Shown here piece by piece: positions 1 to 13,550 of a stretch of DNA of 64,000 nucleotides (the stretch's first letter is position 1; each line of letters begins with the position of its first letter). The notes beneath the pieces are model-generated. The model searched no databases and was not told where the DNA came from. It saw only the letters and a program-made list of their open reading frames with translations. The stretch spans positions 1,984,001-2,048,000 of the forward strand of contig OZ249453.1 of assembly GCA_965235115.1 (NCBI GenBank), read 5' to 3'. Both the position numbers and the translations under genes were made by a program. This DNA comes from Laetmonice hystrix. Lineage: Eukaryota.

Positions 1-1295
1 TGATCTACGCTCACGATATCTGGCCCGAATAGACCATTATTAATTAGATTGGCTAATAGGCCATCTTTTGAGCCTAGGCCAAAGAGTGTAGGCCTACTGG
101 GGGGGGGGGGTAGGCCTATAGGCCTGCGTGTTCTTTGGCTAGGCTTGTATCACAGATAGGGATGTATAGGTACTCTGTGCTTGTATGCCTAGACTAGGGC
201 ACTCAAATCGGGTGGCTGCCGGACGTGACGTCACGATCGGATGAGTTTTAATAAAGCCCAAAGATATCTTTGAAAACCTCAAGTTGCTCTCAACATGTAG
301 GCCTATTACGATTTAAGGGAGGTCCTTCCACCGGACTATTTTGCAGCCTGCTGACTTTTGCCGATAGATCTATACTGACACAAATCCTGTTTTTCTCTCT
401 CTGTGAAGGAGTACAACAGTGCCTCTGGCGGTCGGCAATCTTGCTCGGGACGTACGTGGGCCTGGGATATGAACGTCATGCTGGCGGTTCCCTATTAAAT
501 TATGGGATGGACAAGACGGGCGTCCGTAGCGCCCTCAGGCGGTAGGTCTAAACAGAAGTGGTGCTCAAGGAGCATGACCAAGAAATGCTTCTGGCCACAG
601 AGGACCCACGCGTCGCAGCCCATTTCGAACGACCCGCTGAAGTTGGCACAACCTTTGGCTTCATGGCTAATGGAAAACGTCAGTAAAGGTTAGAAATTTT
701 GTTGTGAATTCTGGTCGGATCGAGTTATGGGGTTTCTTGGCGAAAATTTAACCGACAGGGGGCGCCACAAAGACACTGCGATGAAAAATCATCAAACCTG
801 ATACGTTTAAGTGTAGATGTAAGTCTAGTTGTTAAAGCGATCGAATACTGTTTCTTATTCATAAAGGTGTTGTCGTTAGCATCCTCCACAGTGACTCTTC
901 AACCGGTTTTAAAGCCAGCAGGCGTTTCGCAGTCCTACTATCGGCCTACTACTTGCGCCATCTATCGGCAATGATTCCCTATTGTTGCCTCTATCCATGC
1001 ACCTGGAAAAGAAGGTACAGGGTATATGCCTATTGCATGTGGTTCCATCTTGTACCTTCTGAGCATCACTCATATAGGTAGGCGGTAAAACAGTCGGCCT
1101 ACTGTTAGGGCAATATACCGTGCTGGCGGGACGGGCCGGGGGCGTCCCCCAGGCGCAGGTATGGGGGTGATGAAGGTGGGGACGATGTGGGATACCCTCA
1201 GGACATCCCTCGGGAGGGGGAGGGGGGAGGGGGGTGTCAAAATGACATCTTTATAGATCTAGGCTAATTTATGTGGTTGATAGAATGTCATCGGC

Positions 1296-3044
1296 GACGG
1301 TTTGTGGCAGGATAGGTGAGACCGCATCTGATGGTAACCATAGAGACGGTTTGTGGCAGGATAGGTGAAACCGCATCTGATGGTAACCATAGAGACGGTT
1401 TGTGGCAGGATAGGTGAAACTGCATCTGATGGTAACCATAGAGACGGTTTGTGGCAGGATAGGTGAAACCGCATCTGATGGTAACCATAGAGACGGTTTG
1501 TGGCAGGATAGGTGAAACCGCATCTGATGGTAACCATAGAGACGGTTTGTGGCAGGATAGGTGAAACTGCATCTGATGGTAACCATAGAGACGGTTTGTG
1601 GCAGGATAGGTGAAACCGCATCTGATGGTAACCATAGAGACGGTTTGTGGCAGGAGAGGTTAGACCGCATCTGATGGTAACCATAGAGACGGATAGGTGA
1701 GACCGCATCTGATGGTAACCATAGATACGGTTTGTGGCAGGATCTGATGGTAACCCATAGAGACGGTTTGTGGCAGGATCTGATGGTAACCCATAGAGAC
1801 GGTTTGTGGCTGGATCTGATGGTAACCCATAGAGACGGTTTGTGGCTGGATCTGATGGTAACCCATAGAGACGGTTTGTGGCTGGATCTGATGGTAACCC
1901 ATAGAGACGGTTTGTGGCTGGATCTGATGGTAACCCATAGAGACGGTTTGTGGCAGGATAGGTGAGACCGCATCTGATGGTAACCCATAGAGACGGTTTG
2001 TGGCAGGATAGGTGAGACCGCATCTGATGGTAACCCATAGAGACGGTTTGTGGCTGGATCTGATGGTAACCCATAGAGACGGTTTGTGGCAGGATAGGTG
2101 AGACCACATCTGATGGTAACCATAGAGACGGTTTGTGGCTGGATCTGATGGTAACCCATAGAGACGGTTTGTGGCAGGATAGGTGAGACCGCATCTGATG
2201 GTAACCATAGAGACGGTTTGTGGCTGGATCTGATGGTAACCCATAGAGACGGTTTGTGGCAGGATAGGTGAGACCACATCTGATGGTAACCATAGAGACG
2301 GTTTGTGGCTGGATCTGATGGTAACCCATAGAGACGGTTTGTGGCAGGATAGGTGAGACCGCATCTGATGGTAACCCATAGAGACGGTTTGTGGCTGGAT
2401 CTGATGGTAACCCATAGAGACGGTTTGTGGCAGGATAGGTCAGACCGCATCTGATGGTAACCCATAGAGACGGTTTGTGGCAGGATAGGTGAGACCGCAT
2501 CTGATGGTAACCCATAGAGACGGTTTGTGGCAGGATAGGTGAGACCACATCTGATGGTAACCATAGAGACGGTTTGTGGCTGGATCTGATGGTAACCCAT
2601 AGAGACGGTTTGTGGCAGGATAGGTCAGACCGCATCTGATGGTAACCCATAGAGACGGTTTGTGGCAGGATAGGTGAGACCGCATCTGATGGTAACCCAT
2701 AGAGACGGTTTGTGGCAGGATCTGATGGTAACCCATAGAGACGGTTTGTGGCAGGATAGGTGAGACCACATCTGATGGTAACCATAGAGACGGTTTGTGG
2801 CAGGATAGGTGAGACCGCATCTGATGGTAACCCATAGAGACGGTTTGTGGCAGGATAGGTGAGACCGCATCTGATGGTAACCCATAGAGACGGTTTGTGG
2901 CAGGATAGGTGAGACCACATCTGATGGTAACCATAGAGACGGTTTGTGGCAGGATCTGATGGTAACCCATAGAGACGGTTTGTGGCAGGATAGGTAAGAC
3001 CGCATCTGATGGTAACCATAGAGACGGTTTGTGGCAGGATCTGA
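1296..3044. repeat. Minisatellite with 49/50-bp and 36-bp unit variants (~38 units)
   Basis: Unit gagacggtttgtggcaggataggtgagaccgcatctgatggtaacc(c)ata. The short variant lacks 14 bp (aggtgagaccgcat). Confidence 0.97.
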
Positions 3045-6000
3045 AAAGAAATCAGTGGTAGGCTATAATTAGTATCATCATCTGGACTTAGAATAACTCT
3101 AAGGCTTTGTTGATGCTGAGAAAGAATGTGCAATATCGAAACGGTGATTAAACTGCAGATTTCAAAAATTAATCCACATTGAATTACGACATAAAGGCCA
3201 GGAGTTGGCGTACTTCCAGTAATGACCGTCTCTCATTAGGCAAAGATTGGACAGAGGGCTGACAGGTAGATATATACAAGTCCTGATACCTCCTTCATCG
3301 ATTTCGCTTTTTATGTAACTCATGCGGGTCTGGCGTTGGGAAATTTTTAGTGTTCATTACAGGAGAAAATAAATCCTGTTGAAGATATATGCGAAACAGT
3401 TAACACTATTTATGGTCTAATCCCGGCTCATCGTTCAACTGTTGTATTTGTATAGACCGAATTCTTTTTGCAGGCTGCTCTTATTTCTAGAGGGAAAAGT
3501 CATATGTTTGTTTGATTTTTGCTCTTCTTCCTTCCTCGCTTTTTGAAATTGTATTATTCAGTCCTGATAAACAAAGTGGCTAGCTGTCGTGCACCGAATA
3601 ATACATCAATGACCAAGGGGAATTTGAGCTGAACAATATATCATTGGCCAATGGAAATTGATGGCACACAAATGGTAAAAATGTCTGCCACAACCTGCCG
3701 TGTACCCATTGTAACACGTTTCGCGTTTCACGGCCAGGGGGCGCTTACCGCTATGATTGATAGTAAGAGTTGCTTGCCAGAAAGGCGACAATCTATCAGT
3801 TGTTTTTGCATTAGTGGATGACACGCATGCGCGCTCGAGTGTTCAGGAGAATAACCTTCCGGCGACGCCTGGGCCGTCCTGTTTTAAAGGTACGCGCTAT
3901 TTGAAGGACGCCGTCGTCCGTTAAGTTCCGTTACGTTATGACGTTTCCAGGAGGGAAGTGTTCCTCTCTGCCCCGCGGCTCGGCGGACATTGATGGTTCG
4001 TTTGGCAGTGCCATTATTAAAACAGGCAAACACACTGATTAGGATGACACAAACAATCGTACGGTCCCTGTCCGAACAGACCACACGAGATGATAACCAG
4101 ACACTCAGAGGCAGGTTTCTCCTTTTTTCCGTCCCTTTTATGAAATATCGATATGCCTTGCTGGCGTCGCACAGATGTGGTTAAGCCATGTTTTGGATCG
4201 TTAAATGATTTTGTGATTTTGCATCACGGCCCAAGCCGTTTCTCTGATCGAAACTTTTTAATTTCTTTTTAGCAGTTTAAGAGTCTGAATCCTAAGAACA
4301 GATCGATTGGACAAACCATTTGATGCTGTTAGCTCTCTTTCAAGCACCTTGCCAAATGAGCCAATTGACGAGATAAAATGGATTCTATCAAATACTGTAA
4401 AAAAAAGATTACTCCAATGTTTTTATTATCCGAAAAAAAAACGAAACAAAAAGCGTAGGCTGTATTTAACGACCTATAAGCATCAACAATTGTATCTTCC
4501 CTCGTACATGGATTAAGTTGACCACCCATAGATGTATTTTACCAGTAATTTGCTAATACTAAAAGACGCCCTCGCTATTACTTTCAGTCATCCAACGAAT
4601 GGGGCATCATTCATCAATTTCCGGTATTTCGATGGGGTTGGGGCTGACTATTCGATGGAGCCCTGGGGCTGCCTCAGCCGCCGCTCGCACCCCACTTCAC
4701 AGCACCCCATACCCTCATACCCCCGATCCTTGCTGACGTGGTCGCCAGCTCGCCATGCCAACAACGAGTCAATTTACTAAGATTTCCGTTGGCACGAACG
4801 CCAGCGTTTCTATCGACGATACCGAAATGAGCTTTCCCTACAGCACATGTACAGTGTTACCTGTAGTAGTATGGGAACCCCACTCGATGGATTGACCCTG
4901 CTTACTTCCGAAAGGGACGACTCGCCTTGGTTCTTAAAGGGATGCAAGGGAAGTTTAAATATGATAATGTCCAGAAAGTATTGAAAACCACTTTTATACC
5001 GTATATGACCATCAGCTTGCCACCATATGACGTACATTTTACGCACGCTGTATCCTAGTTATCTATATGTGCACTATATTCTATACCACTGTGTATTGTA
5101 CTTTCGTTGCACTGTGTGACAATGAAAACCGGACGGTTGTGTCCGATGTTATGCAGTATAAATAAAGGAACTTTAAAAAAACATATCACAAATAAACCTA
5201 AATTTGGATATCATCGTTTTCGACTAATCACCCAAAACTGCAACAAACCTGATAAAATACGATCGTTCTTTTCAATTCAATGGACAATAGCCGATTCTAC
5301 TTGTAAATTTCACCCCCCCCCCCCCCCACAAAAAAATCTCCGAATGACCTAATTATTGGCAACATTCTATGATTAAGTACAATGTATCCTACAAATGTGG
5401 TTTAAGAATGGCGATTTTAGGTTTGTTTGCCAGTCTACTTTCAATCTCCTGATTCTCTAGACGCAATACCCGGCCAGCAATCTAAAAAGATCCTCTCTCA
5501 TGATTTCATGTGTTTGTTGCTATTTTATTTTTCCAATCCTTTAAACTGGTGACTGTAGCGTGGCTGATAGGGATAGACCGGGGAAGGCTCTCTCTACCTA
5601 ACCCTCCTGCCGGGGGTACCGTTCCCTACCCGCACCCCTCACCCCGGGTACATGGACTCCTTCACAATACCATCTTCATATTCTCATTGTTACAATCAAT
5701 AATTCCCATTTTATTCCGCTCCATTTTCCATTATTACGATATTTGCCCTAAAGTACCACCAGCAAATTGAATCATTTGTTATCTTTCGACATGACCTTGC
5801 TATTTCTTCCCATCATAGTATGACAATCACAAGGCAATGGAAGGATAGGTGGTCTTTTATTGGACCAAGGAATCCAAAAGAAACGGAAGTCAACTATATG
5901 ACATTTTTCATAATAGCGAGGGAAAGACAACGAAGTGATATCTTTCCTGACGTTTCTGGTATATATATGTTATCTTTGTCCAAGGGGATGTTTTAGAAGA

Positions 6001-6511
6001 CAGAAGAGATATAGAAGAAGAAAAGTGGGTTAAAAAAGAAACAGGAGGGTGGGAAAAATTTGCGTACGCAGTCAAAGATTATGCTGTTCGTAATTCCCTC
6101 ATGTCTCTGTTTATTCCCCTGGTCCAGACAACCTCCATCAGCTGACTTAGCAGCCGTGTTTAAACCAATCACCGCCTTGGTCTCAAACTAATCACGCAAT
6201 CTCACTTAACAAGACCGCGTGTGATTGGTTGAAGCCAGAATGCAGGTTTAGTCGATGGGTTCTGAAAGTGCAATAAGAAGAAAGTCTCAAAGAACATTAA
6301 TAGACGGTATATAACAGATAGAAGAGTGGTTGTAGGCGTGCTGGGGCGACATTAAGCTATCATAACAAGACGAGTACGCACTCCAGTGGAGTTTTTATCC
6401 AGTCAAAAACCAAACACTTACCTTTTGGTAAATCCCATGGTAAGAAGAAGCTTGTTATGACATTCACAGAGTTGGCAGCTAGAGAGACCCAGTCACGCAC
6501 ACTGAGTACAG

Positions 6512-6820
6512 ACTGGCAATGGCTGAAACTGGGCGGGGGGGGGGGGGTTCCTAGCTCATACTGTATTCCACTGGCAATGGCTGAAACTGGAGGGTCCTCA
6601 TACTGTATTCCACCGACAATGGCTGAAACTGGAGGGTCCTCATACTGTATTCCACTGGCAATGGCTGAAACTGGATGGTCCTCATACTGTATTCCACTGG
6701 CAATGGCTGAAACTGGATGGTCCTCATACTGTATTCCACTGACAATGGCTGAAACTGGAGGGTCCTCATACTGTATTCCACTGACAATGGCTGAAACTGG
6801 AGGGTCCTCATACTGTATTC
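6512..6820. repeat. 42-bp minisatellite, 7 copies
   Basis: Unit cactggcaatggctgaaactggagggtcctcatactgtattc. The first copy carries a poly-G insertion. Confidence 0.95.
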
Positions 6821-9775
6821 TCACCTTTCAAACAACACGTCAATGACTAATAACATCGTATCAGTGTCAAGGTAACTTATACTCTCAGTCTGAGGTCGTC
6901 CATGTGATTGTTTTTGACATAAGCCGAAGCTAAGTTACGAAATCACTCCCATTGCAGGCTAGTTGCAGCCAAAAATGGTTCGGGCGGCAGGACAAGGTTT
7001 CGCAGGGCACCTGTCATTAAAAGCAAATTCCCATTAATTTAAAGAGACACCTTTGCTGCTTATCAGAATTACTTGTTGTCAGAATTGGCAGGGGGCAGCT
7101 GCCCCCGCCGGCACGAGGGTAACGATCCTGCACTGCTAGTATATGTGGTGAATTGTTTTTGGTTGTACGGACAACGACCACTAATATATTATACATGTGT
7201 ACTTCGAGAACAGTCAACCCCCCTGCCCCGGTAGACCGGGCGCAACAGGGACAAGCATGCAACCTTCTCTATTCTGTAGTTTACCAAAGTATTTTTCCAT
7301 AACGTGCTGCTCTTTCTAACCCACCCCAGCCCACCCCCAGCACACAGACGGAGGCCTCCATACATTGATAGAGCCCAGTAAATGGACACACTCACCATGG
7401 ACAGCCAAACGGATGTGACCACCGGAAGTCTACAGCCAGGGGCTGGTTAGTTTAACCATTGGTTTGGCCACCGAGACCAGCAGAAATCATGATATATCGT
7501 GTATATATTGATGAAGGTTAATGCTGAAGGACGTATGAGATGAGAAAACACTGTTATGTTGATTCAAAGCCAATCATTTATTAAACGGTAAAGTTCTCTT
7601 TTATTGATTATTAGGATGTAAAGCACGCAGGCATGACATGTATAATGATAGATCAAGTTAGGGGAAGCGGGTGCGACAGGCCAGTGGCTTATCTGTGCCC
7701 GGTCGTGTCGCTCGTCTGATGCAAACCAACATTATGGTGTCCTACTTACACATGTTATCTTAAGTGTTTAAGGAATGAGATAACATAGAAATACAAGATA
7801 GAAAAAACACAATAAAGATTAAAACCAGCTCCTCCAGTGAAAGATAAGAAATATACTTTAGACACCCGCTGAATCTGATAGCGTTTTCCCATAAGTTTTG
7901 TGTTGATTGTAACTGTTCACTGATAAGAAGATGCAATTGTGAGAGAAGAAAAGTAAAAGTGTATCTCATCACGATGATGCATCGCCTCGATAGAAGCTAA
8001 TCGTCCGACTCGGAAGCCGGGTAAAACTCTAAGGGCGTGAAGCGTAGCTTAATTGGCAATCGGCAAACGGCGGTGGACATTGTGACCTGGCGCCTGTCGC
8101 GTGCATGTTGGGGGATGAAGATAAGACTTGTGCCACTGCGCATCCTGCCTGGGGACGCGGCGCCCGCCCCTCGACGTCACAATACACGCCGCGTCATAAT
8201 ATGAGCAGACGACAATGCTGCTCCACGAGGAGTACCGCTTGTGTAAACTACCGTCATTGTTCCCTCGTCATTAACGGTAAAACAAATTTACGTCGCATGG
8301 ACTCAATTACTTGTAATAATGGGAGCGGCAGGAGTTGCCTGTTCGGTGTCCATCGGGTCACCTGCCTACCTCTGGGTGTGAGGTGTGGGGAGATTATCAA
8401 GTAGGCTGTGTTCACATCGCTCGCGGACGTCGCTCACAATCTGTAATCAACGCGGTACCTCAGATACGACGGCTGGTAAAGGGACGCACTATTACCAGCC
8501 GTTTATGGGAATGATTTAGGGATAGCGTCTACAGTGTGTGCCATGGAAGAGATTGGAAACGATAGCAGATTCGTGTGGTGCTGACTTTACACAGTGACTT
8601 TATTTTTACACCATGAATTTTAACCGTATTTTCCTCTTTCGCCAAGAAGGATGAAAATAAGGTTAAAACATCGTTTCTTAAAGCATTTCCTATACCGGGT
8701 TCCCTTATGTCTAAAGCGCTTCAAAGAATCAATAGGTTTTCCCCATGGGTTGCTGTCGGCTACAGAAAGGAATTTACGTTCTCTCATTAGTACTAATGTA
8801 CGCACGTGTCGCCTGAAAATTATGTTAGCTGTCTCACGAGGACAACCGCCCGAGTGAATGGCTGAGCAGGGCCACGTCCTGGGAGTGGAGATGTAGGTGG
8901 GGTGGGTTCGTACCTTGCCCCGCTACCTGGAGGGAGCGAGGGAAGGAGGAGGAGGAGGAGGAGGAAGCGGCAGGGAACATGACGTGTTTGGAGGGGGACA
9001 GTCTGTTGGTGTCTGTTGTTTTGCTTTCTGTCGTTCTGTTCGTTGATGATATCGGAGGACATGATCCAAGCACCGAGGTACACATAATCTTCACTAAAAG
9101 ATTAAATCCTTTCTGTCTGTACTGTAATAGAATCTAAGACATGAAGGCTTTCAACGTCTCCTACAATACAGAAAGGTGAGCTCTAAAACATGGAATCTAT
9201 TCTTGGAAATTGGTAAAAGTGCCGTCCGTGTTGTAACCAGAAATTCTATACACCCGACTGGATCTCTGTCTATTCATAGAACAAACTATTTCTCACGTTT
9301 CACTTCAGAATCTCCTCTTTTACATTAAGGATCGAACATTCCAGAAACCCATTAGTGTCGCCTTTTACTGGACGAGCTTTTCAAATAGCCGGTCAGGTTC
9401 TCGAAATGACGAGTCGGAGCCAGCCAGTGCGACACCTGGCGGCATGGACTAAAACTACATTGTGTTTTGTGTCGCGGTGCGCTCCACACAGAGAGGCCGG
9501 TAATCGGAGTCACGCGCCTTCTCGCGTTACTTCTCGTGAAATGATGAGTCAGCAAAGTCGAATCCAAGGATTACCTAATGCATTAGAGGTTGATTTACGA
9601 GAAACACTACAAGTAATGCGACCTTTAGAAGTCGTATCCAAATTATGCCCTGAAGGTCTATTGTCCCTTATATCAGGTCACAACTCTGTTACTTACAGAC
9701 CATTTCTCTGTAGGACGAATTGGGGAAAACAGTGTCTCCTCTGTTTATGGTATAGGCGGCACGTTATGATGTCAG

Positions 9776-9899
9776 CTAGGCCCCAGGCTGGATCCAGCCT
9801 GGGCCTAGATTGGCCCAGCTTGGCCCCAGCCTGGATCCAGTCTGGGTCTAGATTGGCCCAGCTTGAACCCAGATAGGACCCAGCTTGGGCCCCCAGGAT
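9776..9899. repeat. 43-bp palindromic tandem repeat, ~2.7 copies
   Basis: Unit ggccccaggctggatccagcctgggcctagattggcccagctt at 9779 and 9822. Contains the perfect 20-bp palindrome ccaggctggatccagcctgg. Confidence 0.85.
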
Positions 9900-10408
9900 A
9901 ACTCCTGTTTTATCCATTGTAGGCCTATTTACTCCTTTTTGGGGAGGGGGGGGGGGGTTGTTGATTCCGCCTCTGATAAAATGCGCCGCATTACGGACAA
10001 CTTGATATATGACTGTTTAGAGTATTAGTGATGTCGGAAGGTGTTATATACTTCCAAAGTAGAAACTAGGAGGGCAGACTATGACCCCCCTACACGATTC
10101 ATGACTCAGTGGTCCTAAAGAGAGGGCCGAGTTCTGACCATTTTACCGTTGCCGCGTACACCTGACACCTAACGTACCTCCACCAAAGAGTGTAGAATCT
10201 GCCATTCTACTGTGGAACAAGCCCCCCACCATTTCCTTCCGACATCACTGTGTATTACCTCTCCTGTCCAGCAGCATAGACAAGATACAAATACAACATG
10301 GTGCATGTGGAGCACGCGGTTACAACGAATCACGATGTATAGGAAATTAAAATGAAATAAAAGATGCAGTCGTAGGCGGAATGAGACACTGGGAGATCGG
10401 TAACCATA

Positions 10409-10691
10409 AGGATGACATCACGTGTGACAGGATGACGTCACCCGTGACAGGATGACGTCACGTGTGACAGGATGACGTCACCTGTGACAGGATGACGTCA
10501 CCTGTGACAGGATGACGTCACGTGTGACAGGATGACGTCACCTGTGACAGGATGACGTCACGTGTGACAGGATGACGTCACGTGTGACAGGATGACGTCA
10601 CGTATGACAGGATGACGTCACCTGTGACAGGATGACGTCACGTGTGACAGGATGACGTCACCCGTGACAGGATGACGTCACGTGTGACAGG
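10409..10691. repeat. 20-bp tandem array carrying 13 perfect CRE palindromes (TGACGTCA)
   Basis: Unit cgtgtgacaggatgacgtca at an exact 20-bp period, plus one degenerate first copy (gatgacatca). Confidence 0.97.
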
Positions 10692-10843
10692 AAGAACGTA
10701 CTGACAGGACAGTGATGACGTATTGGATAAGGTTGACAGAAAGCCTTAAGCTCGAGTAGGACGCAAGGGCCAGTAGCCGGGACTTTATGAAATTTGATTA
10801 AATACAGTACTCCTGAAAAATGAGGGGGGGGGGGGTCCTATTA

Positions 10844-11009
10844 CAGTAGACCGCATATAACGTACTGATTGGGACCAGAGATTTTTGTCTGTTATATGCG
10901 AAGTCTGTTATACGCATAGATCTATACAGTAATCTGAATTATCGTTAGACGGGACCGGGACTTCCAGTTTCAGTAATAGGCGATTGTCTGGTATATGCAA
11001 GGTATACTG
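10844..11009. mobile_element. pogo/Tigger-like (Tc1-mariner) MITE, 166 bp
   Basis: TA|cagtagaccgcatataac ... gtatatgcaaggtatactg|TA: imperfect TIRs beginning CAGT with a TA target duplication. Confidence 0.6.
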
Positions 11010-12892
11010 TATTTCTATATGGGGGCTACCCCCAGCGCCCACCCCAACCGTTTTCTACCCAGATATCTCATCCTATATCATTGGTCTCCTTTCTTGTCTG
11101 AAAGATAACCAACATTTTCCGACAAGTTTGAGAATATCCTCGCCATTATAAATCAAGTTGTACATTGAAACCCCCCGTGGTATGTATCTAGGCCTCATGA
11201 AAACAGCTGGTGTCCAATTTAATGAGAATATTAACTGTAAAAAGTATTTTTCTCCTCGCGTGTCAGGTGTACTTTACGCTGAGACGCTGTGGCTTTATGA
11301 TTAGTCCACACTCAGAGGCGCCCAGAATCCGTCGTCAGCTTTGATAGTAGCAAATGAGGCATTTTAATTAGTTCTAGCCATCAAAATAAATTTGAATAAA
11401 CGAACTAATGTTTCCTCAAATAGTTGCCCAGTAGAAAACCAAATAAAAAAACGTAACCACGTTGGCAGCTCGAGCACTAAGTGACCATTTACAATTAAAG
11501 AGATAACAACCGCACCGTAGTTCCTTGATTCGCCGTTAGGGGGCGCGCTAACAACGGGTTGTCTAATGGCTACTCGGAATGCCGTGCGGTTTACGGTTCT
11601 CGCGCCCGCGTGATTGAACAATTTTAATTACTCTTCCCCGTCACATTCATCTAATCCATCATGCTATGGCGTGGACTGGTGATGATTAATTATACACATA
11701 AAACACCAGTCCTGGACCCGATGCGTGGACGGTATGGACTTGGTGTTGGTACAGTCCATGCATTGAAGACGTTGACTGAGCGATAATTAGGCAGCTGGGC
11801 GATAATTAGGCAGCTGCGCGATTAGTTGTATACCGATACCGCCGGCATATGTAGGCCTGGCTGATATTTGCCTCCGACATATTATCGCCTGCCCGGCGTG
11901 GCCCGATTTTCTCATTACTGTTGTTTGATGATACGAGCAGTGTATTACAAAACATGGCAAGGCATAACGGCAGACAGAAGGAAGGTCGAAGTTAATATCA
12001 GCGCAGATCACGGTTCAATTGCCAAACCTCTGTGGGTATTATCTTCCCATCAATCAAACGTCTTTTTGTCCTGCAGCCAGGGCAAGAAAACGGTAAAAAA
12101 TCTCACGGCTATTACATTTTTTTTCTGTAAATTATCATCATTACTCAACAAATGTTGCAAAAATACTTCCTTTCGCTCTGACCCGCAGACACTAATTGTA
12201 TGTGTGTATGGCGCACTTTTTATAAAGCCATGTAGGCCTATATACTGCGGCGGAACCGCGGGTTAACGGATCTTGTATTGGGGGAACCAATTTTCTTTTT
12301 TTCCTTTCCTTTTTCATACAACGTTTTCTCTTTTGATCCAGCTTAAGATTTGGATAGACGTAGGTCTAATGCTGTATTCGCCTCTGGAAAACACATAGAT
12401 CTACTTCCACGCCATTTAGGCCCCTATATGGGCATATTATCCATTTAAAGCTTTTGCTTGTATTTTCATATAAGCGACGCCTTTGCTAACTCCTGTTTCA
12501 ATGTCGTAAAAAGCATGTCAATTTTACGACACCGCTTGTTCCGTCACGCATGATGACGTAGGCGACAGCGTTTCGCTGATAGATAGAGATTAGCTGTCGT
12601 GATTTTCACCACGCGACTATAAAAATAATGTGCAGGTCTCTGACCGGTTGGCGCCCTTTTTGATGTTGTTTTAGTCAATAAAGGCACACTGCATGGAATT
12701 TAAGAGATTAGGAAAGGTCTCACAAAATGGACTTTGTACAAAACTTGCTGCACTAACCGTGATGAAGGACTATAGACTTGTAAACTGCAAATGCTAGCAG
12801 ACCTGCAGTATTTATTGATTAATAATTCAAAATGTACTCTCCATCCCATGATAAATGTAGACTTCACATCTTTCTGTGGTATTCATCTTACA

Positions 12893-13117
12893 NNNNNNNN
12901 NNNNNNNNNNNNNNNNNNNNNNNNNNNNNNNNNNNNNNNNNNNNNNNNNNNNNNNNNNNNNNNNNNNNNNNNNNNNNNNNNNNNNNNNNNNNNNNNNNNN
13001 NNNNNNNNNNNNNNNNNNNNNNNNNNNNNNNNNNNNNNNNNNNNNNNNNNNNNNNNNNNNNNNNNNNNNNNNNNNNNNNNNNNNNNNNNNNNNNNNNNNN
13101 NNNNNNNNNNNNNNNNN
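12893..13117. other. Assembly gap (225 N)
   Basis: Run of N. Confidence 1.
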
Positions 13118-13280
13118 TAAGGCTTACCAGTGCACGTTAGGACGTACACTGGTTGGGACTAACGGACGAATCCTGCTTTCGTTGCGACAGTGATGGCACT
13201 CGAGGCAAAATAATATACAGTATGTACGTAGGACGTATGTATGCGCTGTATCAGAGTGCATGTATACATCTTCCAGAATA

Positions 13281-13550
13281 TCTCTCTCTCTTCTCTGTTT
13301 CTCACTCCCTCTCCCCTCTCTATCCCCCCTCTCTCTCACGCTGTCTCTGTCTGGCTATATTTCTCTCTGTCCCACTCTTTCTCTGTCTCCCTCTCTCTCT
13401 CTTCTCTTTGTCTCTCACTCTTTCTCTCCCACTCTGCATCAATCTGTCTTTATCTCTCTCAGACACTCTTTCACTGTCTCCGTTTCTCTATCTCTGTCTT
13501 TCTCTCTCTGTATCTTTTCTTTCCCCTCTGTCTGTCTGTCTCTCCCTCTC
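13281..13550. repeat. Degenerate (CT)n/(CTGT)n microsatellite
   Basis: Pyrimidine-rich low-complexity tract. Confidence 0.9.

Noticed and set aside
270-693. Short ORFs with protein-like wording near the window start
   Set aside because: No recognisable family, no consistent splice sites, and stops in each frame.
1010-1060. Pre-miRNA-like hairpin (agaaggtaca...tgtaccttct)
   Set aside because: Only 10 bp perfect stem, irregular upper stem, and no match to a miRNA I recognise; needs small-RNA data.
1296-3044. Possible CRISPR array (also considered for the other 42-54-bp arrays)
   Set aside because: No unique spacers; units are contiguous near-identical copies; eukaryotic context with no cas genes.
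1259-3133. 624-aa and overlapping ORFs on the minus strand
   Set aside because: Translations of the 49/50/36-bp minisatellite; the same peptides recur in all frames; no splice or domain support.
6360-6846. 14-aa repeat ORFs on both strands (GIQYEDPPVSAIVS / SSYCIPLAMAETGG)
   Set aside because: A 42-bp unit is divisible by 3, so open frames are expected by chance; no flanking exon evidence.
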